Source: Rhynchopus sp. YZ270_cl-10
Lineage: Eukaryota
Direction: 5' to 3'
Length of the DNA: 64,000 bases
Assembly (NCBI GenBank): GCA_964035575.1
Contig: OZ037835.1
Location: 1-64,000, forward strand
Part shown: piece after piece, positions 9,829 to 20,181 of the stretch
Numbering within the stretch: the stretch's first letter is position 1
Layout of the letters: each line of letters opens with the position of its first letter
The notes under the pieces: generated by a model
The model's input: only the letters and a program-made list of their open reading frames with translations
What the model was told of the DNA's origin: nothing
The model's database searches: none
Translations under genes and position numbers: made by a program

Positions 9829-9941
9829 GATGAGACACAAAGGCCCCTTCAAAAATTATGCTTTCACTTAGTGGCTCTTACCCACGGTCATCTTTAGTAA
9901 AAGGCGAAAGATGAGTTCGATATGGGCAAGAACCGTGATAT
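9829..9941 (-). ncRNA. U5: U5 snRNA
   Basis: Loop I CGCCTTTTACT in stem CATCTTT/AAAGATG; Sm site AATTTTTG. Confidence 0.92.
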
Positions 9942-10091
9942 GGCTCTGTTTTGTTCTATTGCTGTGTGCACTTTGCTACACATGGAAGCATGTTGAGAGC
10001 GAGGATAGTGTGGTAACTTCTTGATTGATCAAGATGTCCTTGAAGGTGAAAAAAGTAATGTGAAGCCTTTTTTGAGGTTTTTCTTAAAAAC

Positions 10092-10301
10092 AAGCTGTAA
10101 GTGGAAGGGCTGTGCCTGGTACTCTTCCCTGCGCCATACAGGGGAGAGACAAAACAATACAAGAAGTATGTGACAATCATCGCAAGTGCTCATGCTGCAC
10201 ATGCCCAACCTATGTCATCATCCAGCTTTGGTCTTGTGCCGAAGAAAACAATCTTCAACACGAATGCACTCAAAAACAGATCCTGTGTAGAGTACAGTCT
10301 T
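10092..10301 (-). ncRNA. U3: U3 snoRNA
   Basis: 5' AAGACTGTACTC (GAC/A' box), GGATC box A, C' GATGATGA, B GAGC, C GATGA, terminal stem AAGCTG/CAGCTT. Box D is atypical (CTTA). Confidence 0.85.
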
Positions 10302-10462
10302 GCCCTTGTTTGTTCCACCTATCGGCTGCACAGATGTCTACAGGGAGGCACATTGGTGGTGGTAGTTCTGGTGTGTTAGCTTTACGTGGTGTCTTTATGT
10401 TACCACCCCAACACGCTTCCCTGTTGACATAGCTTTGTGACACGACTGGGAGAAAAGGAGGT

Positions 10463-10604
10463 ATTCTTGCGCTCGGGATAATTCCATAAGCAATGACCAA
10501 ATAGGGACGCTGTGGAGAGATTGCTGGTTGAAAACTACCCAATTCCCGCCATGGGCCGCTTCGGCGTTGCCACATTGGCAATTTGTGTAGCTGCTTCGGC
10601 GGCC
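10463..10604 (+). ncRNA. U4: U4 snRNA
   Basis: 5' ATTCTTGCGC is complementary to U6 GCGCAAGGAT; TTGCTGGTTGAAAACT; Sm-like AATTTGTG. Confidence 0.9.
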
Positions 10605-10754
10605 TTGTTTTTACTACGATTGATCATCACCTTCGCTCACTTCCCTGTGACATGGGTGTGTAATCTGTTTGCCTTGTTGTTTCCTAGTAATATTGATCAT
10701 CATCATGCTTCCCTGTACATGGGTGTCGAATTTGGTATGGACTAAAAAGAAGTC

Positions 10755-10942
10755 ATACCTTCTCGGCCTTTTGGCTAAGATCAAGTGTATTATCTGTTCT
10801 TATCAGCTTAATATCTGATACAGTGCCTTGTGCACTGATGATATTAACGCAATTTCTCATTGGGGTGACGGGTCGCCAGGGCAACCTGGTCCGTTCACAC
10901 ATGTTGCCCTGGAGCTGCACAACATCCAGGAGTGGCATACCC
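10755..10942 (+). ncRNA. U2: U2 snRNA (branch-point box GUAUUA)
   Basis: ATACCTTCTCGGCCTTTTGGCTAAGATCAAGTGTATTATCTGTTCTTATCAG... Confidence 0.96.
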
Positions 10943-11039
10943 TCTTTTTTAACAAAACAAAAACAAACACACAAAGGCAACATATCATACATACCATACA
11001 TACCATACATACACAGTGGTTACCGGTAAGGGTTATTAA

Positions 11040-11109
11040 AAACAGAGGTCGGAGCGAGCCTCTCAATGTCAGAGGCTTCAAAGCATTTCACGAGAAAACT
11101 CGCCCCTGT
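11040..11109 (-). ncRNA. Putative orphan ~70-nt small RNA
   Basis: PSE-like motif at 11147-11156 at the same ~40-nt spacing as the snRNAs, a strong hairpin, and a 3' TGTTTTTAA box like U5 and U3. Confidence 0.45.
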
Positions 11110-11227
11110 CCTTCTTCATCACTATCACTTGACCGAACACTCCCCACAAGGAAGCCTGTAAAAGGTGATGCTTTTTTAGGCAACAACACAGACACAGGGG
11201 GGGTACTGGGTGGGGTAATATAAAAAA

Positions 11228-11549
11228 GGGTGCTTGCGTTGTGTGCTGGATCGGGACCACCAGTAAACTGGCAGCCCCACATCCAGTTCTAATATTTGAA
11301 GTGTGAAATAGAACGCAGTCAGAATTAGTGTTACACGCTAATGTAAGAATAATCATCATGGGTAATATTCTGTACGAACGTACGGGATTTACATCATATG
11401 AAAGTGGTTCCGCCTTGGGCCATATCAGGCCCACAGCAGGACACATCATAAAAATTGTAAAGAATTTTCTGATAAGAAAGGTCTTTTCAAGTTTTAGCTG
11501 TTGCTGAACGAGTTGTTTGGTTTCGAAGTAGCACACTAACTTAGCACCC
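11228..11549 (-). ncRNA. Putative ~320-nt Pol III RNA, vault-RNA-like
   Basis: Same upstream element as U6 and SRP. 5' GGGTGCT/GTGTGCT pairs with 3' AGCACAC/AGCACCC, followed by T6. TACTTCG motif follows the 5' stem. Confidence 0.6.
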
Positions 11550-11573
11550 AAACATAGGGAGAGTATGGGAAAA

Positions 11574-11607
11574 CAAGACAGGGTTGTCTTGTTGGAGGTG
11601 GGTCAGG
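11574..11607 (-). promoter_or_regulatory. Upstream element shared by U6, SRP and the orphan RNA (also 12295-12328 and 12884-12917)
   Basis: Plus-strand CAAGACAGGG...GTTGGAG(G/T)TGGGTCAGG begins 25-27 nt upstream of the three 5' ends. Confidence 0.7.
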
Positions 11608-11680
11608 GTGACACACACACCTGTGCACTTTGTACATGCATCATATGTGTGAATGTTTTTTCTCATGGTGACGTAAAAAA

Positions 11681-11793
11681 GGCCAGTCTCTTTCGAGGCT
11701 GGCCATGTTTGACAAAGTTGTGTGAGAAGAATATAATCTTCATGCTTCCATACCAATGAAGTACAGAAACTGTAGCTTTAGAAATCGTTGGTT
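11681..11793 (-). ncRNA. SL: Spliced leader RNA, copy 1 (40-nt exon 11754-11793)
   Basis: AACCAACGATTTCTAAAGCTACAGTTTCTGTACTTCATTG|GTATGG; Sm-like AACTTTG; 3' hairpin and T-run. Confidence 0.95.
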
Positions 11794-11957
11794 GCCCTTT
11801 TTCTTAACATTGCTCTAAGCACCAACATGTGCTGGTAAACATGCCACTTGTGGTGAATAATGTGGGTAGGAATGGTCTGGGCAACGTGGTGGGGTGTATC
11901 AACAACACATGTGTATGGTGATGTGGAAACAATGTTCACATGGAAAAATGTAAAAAA

Positions 11958-12268
11958 GAAACGCTTCTCCAGTTCAAGCCATTGAGTTGGAAACACCCTC
12001 ACTCTGCTCTGTGCTGCGATCCTTGAACTGTCCACTGCAGGAGTTATGAGCTGCTCTGTGAGACCAGCCTGGCCCGGTTCACCCCATTTCACTCTGATTG
12101 TTGCCCTGGTTTACACCAAGGCCGCAAACAGGACAGTAGACTAACACGGACAACACATCAACACAGAAGTTGAAGGTGCCTTTGGTCCACCTCAAAGAGT
12201 GCCCAGTTCTGGAGAAGCTTGCCCCCCCAGAAGCTAGGGGTTTCAGGATGCAGCCAACACATCCCGGC
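11958..12268 (-). ncRNA. 7SL: SRP (7SL) RNA
   Basis: Alu domain GCCGGG...TGAA...GGC, helix 5 GCTTCTCCAG/CTGGAGAAGC, helix 8 GAACCGGGCCAGG...AGCAG, T6. Confidence 0.85.
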
Positions 12269-12423
12269 TCAATAGATACCATATTGTAGGAATACAAGAC
12301 AGGGTTGTCTAGTTGGAGGTGGGTCAGGTCAAAAACGTGGTTTTGAAGATCCTCACTTCTTGTGTGTGTTTTTTTTTTGCTTTGCACAAAGACACACAAA
12401 GACAATCATGCTAACGTAAAAAA

Positions 12424-12535
12424 GGCCAGTCTCTTTCGAAACCGGCCATGTTTTGACAAAGTTGTGTGAGAAGAGTAATCTTCATGCTTCCATACCAATG
12501 AAGTACAGAAACTGTAGCTTTAGAAATCGTTGGTT
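12424..12535 (-). ncRNA. SL: SL RNA copy 2
   Basis: Identical exon and donor GT. Confidence 0.95.
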
Positions 12536-12754
12536 GCTCTTTTTCTCTACACAGCTTTCGACATGTATATGCTCAGGGAAGCATGCCAGTAGCATAAAGC
12601 ATATGGTCGTTTTTTGAAACCAATATTTCAATGGGTTACTGCAGCCTGCCACTTGCCACCTGTGGGTGATGGGTATGTCTGCACATATGTGTTGGTCTGG
12701 GAAGCATGAAGAAGACACCAGTGTAAAAAATACGTGTGATCCGGGGGACAAAAA

Positions 12755-12859
12755 AAAAGTTGATACTTTCTCGATTAATGCGTGTCATCCTTGCGCAGGG
12801 ACCATGCTAATCTTCTCTGTATCGATCCAATTTTAACGGATGTCCCATTTCTGGGGTCC
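12755..12859 (-). ncRNA. U6: U6 snRNA
   Basis: ACAGAGAAGATTAGCATGG...GCGCAAGGATGACACGCA; U-tail. Confidence 0.97.
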
Positions 12860-13002
12860 AGTATATATGCACAAGGTGGTTGACAAGACAGGGGCCCCTT
12901 GTTGGAGTTGGGTCAGGGTCTGAATGTGGTTCTAAACTTCTGCTGTTGTTGTGTGGGTTTTTTTGCTTCTTGTGCACAAGACGATCGTGTTAACGTAAAA
13001 AA

Positions 13003-13114
13003 GGCCAGTCTCTTTCGAAACTGGCCATGTTTTGACAAAGTTGTGTGAGAAGAATAATCTTCATGCTTCCATACCAATGAAGTACAGAAACTGTAGCTTT
13101 AGAAATCGTTGGTT
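13003..13114 (-). ncRNA. SL: SL RNA copy 3
   Basis: Identical exon and donor GT. Confidence 0.95.
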
Positions 13115-13421
13115 GCCCTTTTTCTCTACAATGTTCTAAGTGCCAACATGTTCTGGGAATCATGCCATATGTATCATTATTATGGTGGGTTTTTTTTCTA
13201 ACATAGCCGTAGAGTGGCTTATAAACATACCTAAGGATGCCCAATGTGCTCGAAAGTCCAAAAATCTTGGGAATACGGGATATTTGGGCTCATTTGAGTC
13301 AATTGCGTGGTCGTACAATTTAATCTGAGCATTACACATATCCTAATCACCAAAATATTCGAAGAACATGGGAATCATGTGTGTTTTTTGGGTTTGCACA
13401 AGGTGATGTTAACGTAAAAAA

Positions 13422-13533
13422 GGCCAGTCTCTTTCGAAACTGGCCATGTTTTGACAAAGTTGTGTGAAGAATATAATCTTCATGCTTCCATACCAATGAA
13501 GTACAGAAACTGTAGCTTTAGAAATCGTTGGTT
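13422..13533 (-). ncRNA. SL: SL RNA copy 4
   Basis: Identical exon and donor GT. Confidence 0.95.
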
Positions 13534-13856
13534 GCCCTTTTTCTCTACAATGTTCTAGGTACCCACTTGTTCTGGGAAGCCTTCTGCCAATGTCTATAAT
13601 ACGGTTGCTTTTTCGTACCTGACATCTTGGTCACTGTGAAGGTTCTACATAAAAATATCCTTAAGTGTGATCCTACAGAAGGATATTCGACAGAGTCAAC
13701 AGTGGCTTCTGAAGGGGAACAAGTGTCACAAATATGGTTTTGCAGGCGATTTAAAAATGGGGTGCAGTAAGCACTTGTGCATTAGGTCAGGTGTGAATTG
13801 GGTGTGTTTTTGGGTTTGCTTCTTGTGCACAAAGACAATCGTGCTAACGTAAAAAA

Positions 13857-13967
13857 GGCCAGTCTCTTTCGAGGCTGGCCATGTTTGACAAAGTTGTGTG
13901 TGAAGAATAATCTTCATGCTTCCATACCAATGAAGTACAGAAACTGTAGCTTTAGAAATCGTTGGTT
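13857..13967 (-). ncRNA. SL: SL RNA copy 5
   Basis: Identical exon and donor GT. Confidence 0.95.
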
Positions 13968-14352
13968 GCCTTTTTTCTCTACAATGTTCTAAGCTCCAAC
14001 GTGAACTGGTAAGCCTTCTTCCAGTGTCCTAAATATGGTCGCTTTTTCGTACCTAACCTATTGGTCACTGGGAAGGGTCTGCACAGAATATGCTTAGGTG
14101 AGAGGCTTACACAAGTATATTCATAAGAGTCAACAATGGTTTCTGAAGGGGTATATGTGGTACCAGTGCCACAAATGGTTGCACACATGGTTTTGCAGGC
14201 AATATACAAATGGGTTGCATCATTTGAGTCAATTGCGTGGTCGTACAATTTAATCTGAGCATTACACATATCCTAATCACCAAAATATTCGAAGAACATG
14301 GGAATCATGTGTGTTTTTTGGGGTTTGCAGAAGGTGATGCTAACGTAAAAAA

Positions 14353-14466
14353 GGCCAGTCTCTTTCGAAACTGGCCATGTTTTGACAAAGTTGTGTGAGA
14401 AGAATATAATCTTCATGCTTCCATACCAATGAAGTACAGAAACTGTAGCTTTAGAAATCGTTGGTT
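14353..14466 (-). ncRNA. SL: SL RNA copy 6
   Basis: Identical exon and donor GT. Confidence 0.95.
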
Positions 14467-14504
14467 GCCTTTTTTCTCTACAACGTTCTGAGTACAGACG
14501 TGTC

Positions 14505-14519
14505 CTGGGAAGCATGCCA
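14505..14519 (-). promoter_or_regulatory. PSE-like element (sense CATGCTTCCCWG) of SL and snRNA genes; representative copy
   Basis: Variants lie ~39-44 nt upstream of U1, U2, U3, U4, U5 and all SL genes. Confidence 0.7.
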
Positions 14520-17500
14520 GTAGTGTAAAAAATATGATGGTTTTTTTGTACCTAACATCTTGTACACTGAGAAGGTTCTGCACAAGTGGAAGCCTATATA
14601 AGGATATTCATAAGAGTCAAAAGGGGCTTCTGAAGGGGTATATGGGTAGTATGAGCTCATATGAATCCATTAAAAGCGTCTATGGCATGATCTAAGCATC
14701 ACATAATTTCTGAAATCAATACCAACCACAATTTATGGCTATTTTTCCAGCAATAGCCGTATCATGGCTTATAACCATACCTAAGGATGTCCAATATGCT
14801 GGAAAAGTTAATAATCTTGGGTATATAGGATTTTTGGGCACATTTGAGTCAATTGCGGGGTCTTACGATTTAATCTGAGCATCACACATATCCTAATCAC
14901 CTATATAATCGAAAAACACATACAAAATGACCTACATAGCCGTAAAATGACCCAAATGTGCATATTCGGGTTGAAATTTCATTTTTTCGGAAAGTTTTTT
15001 TTTCTCAACAATTACATGGGTGAGTTCCGAGTACATTATGGGGTCGTAAGTTTTTATTCAAGCATCACACATTATGTAGAATAATTTATGCCATACAATG
15101 TTACCAAAAAAAGTCGATTTTTGGTCACTTTTTCAAAAATATGAAAATTCGATTTTTGGGTACTAGATAGGTCTTTCCGGTGCAAAAACGACCGTTAAAT
15201 GGATTCTCCGGAGTCCTAAGGCCCCAAAAATCACTTTTGGACACACGGGCAATATCCCAGTATACCCTAGGAAATTGGTGGGAACCCAAAAATTGGCCTC
15301 AAAATCCGACCAAAACCAAGGTTTCTGTAGAGGTACATGTGAACCTCATGTGTGTTCTGGAGACCCATTTTGTTTTGAAAAGTGAATCTAAATAGCCTAA
15401 AATTTAAAACTCTTGTAGCGCATTCGGAATAGAGGGGGTATTCGCGAAAACCTGTGCGAAACATTTATCAATTCAGGTCTGACCCACATGGTCATGACCC
15501 CATATTTTGGGTGCGGAAAACACCCTATCTGTTGACCTACCGGCTTGTATGCCTGTATACCTGGTTGGGTCAACTTTTTGAAAATTTCCTGGGCCATATA
15601 CCCTATTTGGGCCCCCTGAATCCATTGCGACATCGTTTTTTCACATCCGAGTGAAAACTAATATATAGGATAACCCATGGGTATGGGTACCTCGCTCAAT
15701 ACCCCTAAAATCAGTGCTTTTGAAAATGACCCTATGGAAAAATGTATCCAAAATATTGAAACATGTTCTCCTGGCATCTGCAACACGATATTTTGGGCCC
15801 CCTGGGCCCCGGGGGCCCTACGGGCCCCCATATTCGCGAAAAGTTGGGCATCCCAGCTAGTGGGTCGGTACTGGGTATACAAACATCCCCCCAAAAAGTG
15901 AGATTTTGACCCCCCAAAAATGGCCATTTTTTTACTCCCCGGGACCTTCTCAGGTGTGTATTCGGACCCTCTCGTGGTCTTAAACCGGATTTTTGGGGCC
16001 CCCACACCCTGGAATACCCCCCATAGTGTCGTTTTTTCACCCGCAGGGCCGATTTTTTAGAAAAAATTTGGTTTTTAAGGAACAACATTTACCCTGCGAC
16101 ACCTTGAAAAACAGGTGATTTTTGCCTTTTTCAGTTGTGTGTGTGCAGTGCCGAATTCCCCAGGCTTGGTGAAAGTTGTGCCTCCAATACCCCTATGTGG
16201 GTTGGAAAAATCAAATAAAGATAAAATTTTGAGGCAGCCTGGGGGTGTGCTATGGTAAACAATTTGTGTGTGTAAAAATACCCCTAAAAAACACCCTAAA
16301 AATGGCTGTTTTTCGCCTATTTTTGGGGGTCGCCTGAGCTATTTTTTTTATTGTTTTGGCTTTTCCTGGGACCTGAAAATAGGGTCCTGGGCCCAATATG
16401 TCCCAATGAGGCCATTGGAATATCGATTTTTTCCAGATATGGGCCTCCTAGACCGAAATTTTTGATTTTGGTGTTGCAAAAATTTTCGAAAATCCTGAAA
16501 AGTGCCCAAAAACACGTAAAAACACGTGTATAGGCACACCCTATCGGCCCCCAGCATTGCCCAGGATTGTTGCAAATTTTCCCTGCATGGGGGCCCTCCG
16601 GGCCCCCTGGACCCATTGCGACCCGATTGGTTCACATTCCTGGAAAATTTGGTCCCTAAGACACATACGTGGTTAACATACCCCTGAAAAACACCCTATT
16701 TTTGACCCTAAAAAACACCCTATTTTTGACCCTGAAAACATGATTTTAGCAAATAGGGCAACTAGTTTGGTGATCCAGCGACCGACTCATGGGCCCAGTA
16801 TGTCCAACAGGGCCATATGTTTGGTAAATTTTACCGGGGGCAAGGGGATGTACAAAAAAAATATATAGTGGAGCACACTCTAGGGTGGCTACACTAATAC
16901 AACCAAGTTTTCAAAAAAAGTGGATTTTTTACCTTAAAAAAATGGCCAAAAATAGGCCAAAAATGGCCATTTTTCGGCCATGTGACCCCCACAGCAACCC
17001 TATATAGACCCCCAAAAACCTAATATTTTTTTCCCAGCGATGTGTCCTGGGGGCCCTTCGGGCCCCCAGGACACATCGCAACCCCGTTTTTTCAAAAAGT
17101 TGGCCCTACGGGCCAACTTTTTGAGGTGGCCTGTAGGGTGACCCCTTCAAAAAGCTGGAACCCGGATTTTGGGGTCAGGGGTCCCTTTATGCACTTTTAT
17201 GTATAAAAAAATGTCTGGGGCGAGAAAATGCAAATTTTTGCCTGCAAACACACTGCATACTACGACAGGACCATATTCCATCTTATCAGGAAAAATTTCG
17301 GAGGTGTTAGTCATAAAAACAATTTAAAATTTTTTGAAAAAACATGAGATCTGGATAAAAGTTTTGACTGTACCTGTGGAAGGTGGGATTTTGCCTGTGT
17401 TTTGACTTTTTTTTTCAGTAAATAAACTTCTACTCATCTCCGGAGGCCGTCCGAGGTCGCAATTAACTCATTTTGACACTTTAGGGCCATATACCGCCCG

Positions 17501-18186
17501 TTTTTTCAAAAAGTTGAAAATTTTGGCCCCCAGGATTGGGTACAGCGTGTACTGAACCCTGATTTTCGAAAAATCTCAACTTTTGAAATTCGTCACTTAT
17601 GGCAGCATGTATCTGACACCCAATTTTGACTTTTCCCGTGAATCCATTCTGGTGCATATACACTATCTGGCACCCCTGAGTCCATTGCGGGGTCGTTTTT
17701 TCAAAAAGTCGACCGGACTAATACCTAATATGACCCTGGGTATAGCGTACCGTCTCAGAAACACCCCAAAATCAGTGTTTTTGAAGGGTTCTCACAGCTA
17801 AAATCGATGAAAAAATGTCAAAATCACTTTCCCGTGACCCAATAGCGTGAAATATGGCCCATGTGGGCCCCCAGGACCTATAACACCCCCAATCGGTCGA
17901 TTCCATGCATATTTCACACCCCCAGATATATGTGCCCATGGGGTGCCAGACCCCAAAATCATGATTTTTTCATGATTTTTGGCCCGATGCACTGACCTGC
18001 AGGGCCATACCGTCTACCGGGGCAACCATATTTTTGAAAAATCGGCCTTGCATCGGGCCCAGTATGTCCCACAGGGTATGTTGCCCCAGATTCAGGTCCC
18101 CGCACAAGCCAAACCAATATTTTAAAATCGATTTTTTTGAAAAAAATATTTTTGAAAAAAAATCGTGATTTTTGGGATTTTGGTGA

Positions 18187-18965
18187 TTTTTACAGTTTTG
18201 CACACCCTGAAAATCGATTTTTTCGGCTCCGCCGGTGAAATATCGACATAATTTAGGTATGTTATGTGCATAATATACCCATTAGAGCCCATTCAAGTCA
18301 CATTCCGACCATTTTTCGTGAAAAAATGCAACTTTTTGTCACCGTGACCCCCAAAAATGACGATTTTTTGGTCGATTTTTTCGGCCAAAAATTTCGTACC
18401 ACAGGGCCATACCATATACTGGGATTATCAACTTTTTGAAAATACGGCCTGGTATTCGGGTGTATATGTCCCATGGGGCCCATAGTAACCTTACTGGGTC
18501 ATGCCCAAAGCCAATCTTAATAGTAAAATTCGATTTTCTGTGAAAAATATTTTGACCAAAAAATCGTCATTTTTCCGATTTTCGTCATTTTTACAGTTTT
18601 GCACACCCTGAAAATCGATTTTTTCGGCTCCGCCGGTGAAATATCGACATAATTTAGGTATGTTATGTGCATAATATACCCATTAGAGCCCATTCAAGTC
18701 ACATTCCGACCATTTTTCGTGAAAAAATGCAACTTTTTGTCACCGTGACCCCCAAAAATGACGATTTTTTGGTCGATTTTTTCGGCCAAAAATTTCGTAC
18801 CACAGGGCCATACCATATACTGGGATTATCAACTTTTTGAAAATACGGCCTGGTATTCGGGTGTATATGTCCCATGGGGCCCATAGTAACCTTACTGGGT
18901 CATGCCCAAAGCCAATCTTAATAGTAAAATTCGATTTTCTGTGAAAAATATTTTCACCAAAAAAT
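18187..18965. repeat. 401-bp direct tandem duplication
   Basis: Identical blocks offset by 401 nt (e.g. 18298 and 18699). Confidence 0.9.
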
Positions 18966-18999
18966 CGACTTTTTTCAAAATATTTCTCAGTTAGACAGT

Positions 19000-20130
19000 G
19001 TGTGATGCTCGGATCTGAGCGTACGACCCCGCAATTGACTCAGATGTGCTCAAATACCCCATATACCCAAGAAAATTGCATTTTCGAGTGAAAAGAAGGT
19101 TCGTACAGAGGTCATATGCCTGTGTACAGGTTTATTTGCCTGTAACCCCTATGTTTGAGCACCGGCTAAGTTGTAGAGAGGGCCTGATACTCGGAATTGA
19201 CCGTGCGACCCCGCAATTGACTCAGATTGGCCCAAAAACCCTATATACCCAAGATTTCTTCATTTTCGTGCAAATTTGAGGTATTTAGATATGGTTGTTT
19301 GCATGTTACACCAAAATACAGGTGTTTGTTGCACCTGTAAAATTTGAGACATTGTGTGATGCTCTAATCTGATCGTACGACCCCGCAATTGACTCAAAAA
19401 TGTCCAAAAACCCCACATTCCCAAGATTTTTGCATTTTCGAGCATATATGAGCCATTTAGATATGATTATTAGCCATTTTACCCAATATACAGGTGTTTG
19501 TTGCATAGCTAAAATTCTAGACATTGTCTGATGCTCGGATCTGACCGTACGACCCCGCAATTGACTCAGATGTGCCCAAAAACCCTATATACCCAAGATT
19601 TCTTCATTTTCATGCGTATTTGAGACATTCAGATATGGTTATATGCATTTTACACCAAAATACATGTGATTGTTGCTTTTTTGAAATTCTAGACATTGTG
19701 TGATACTCGGATCTGATCGTGCGACCCCGCAATGAACTCAAATGTGCCCAAAAACCCCATATTCCCAAGATTATTGCATTTTAGAGCATTTTTAAGCTAC
19801 TTACATGTGGTTATTAGCCATTTTACCCAAAATAGACATGTTTATTGCATAGTTGAAATTCTAGGTATTGTGTGATGCTCGGATCTGATCGTGCGACCCC
19901 GCAATTGACTCAGATGTGCCCAAAAAACCCATATTCCCAAGATTTTTGCATTTTCGTGCAAATTTAAGGTATTCAGATATGGTTATATGCATGTTACACC
20001 AAAATACAGGTGTTTGTTGCACCTGTAAAATTCTAGACATTATGTGATGCTCAGATCTGATCGTACGACCCCGCAATGAACTCAGATGTGCCCAAAAACC
20101 CCATATTCCCAAGATTTTTGCGTTTTAGAG
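19000..20130. repeat. ~172-bp satellite, about 7 diverged monomers
   Basis: GTRCGACCCCGCAAT recurs at ~19021, 19203, 19374, 19547, 19719, 19891 and 20063. Confidence 0.9.
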
Positions 20131-20181
20131 CACATTCTAATTGCTTAGATAGGGTATAAAGGCATTTTTTGGTGAAAATTT

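Noticed and set aside
11040..11109. SLA1 H/ACA RNA
   Set aside because: It lacks GAAACUG complementarity to the SL and a clear AGA box.
11228..11549. RNase P/MRP or telomerase identity for the orphan RNA
   Set aside because: There is no room for CR-V/P4 before the closing stem, and no template matching TTAGGG or TTTGCGGG.
11078..11551. 157-aa minus-strand ORF
   Set aside because: Non-ATG start, no recognisable motifs, and it overlaps predicted ncRNA genes.
12657..12710. Extra PSE-like motifs at ~12697 and ~10640
   Set aside because: No structured RNA or terminator at the expected distance; probably duplicated promoter fragments.
11681..14466. CRISPR-like repeat-spacer array
   Set aside because: The repeats are ~112-nt SL RNA genes with long spacers; eukaryotic context and no cas genes.
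14900..18180. GGGCCC-rich palindromes in the AT-rich spacer
   Set aside because: Only loosely repeated; no unit, ends or function could be supported by eye.
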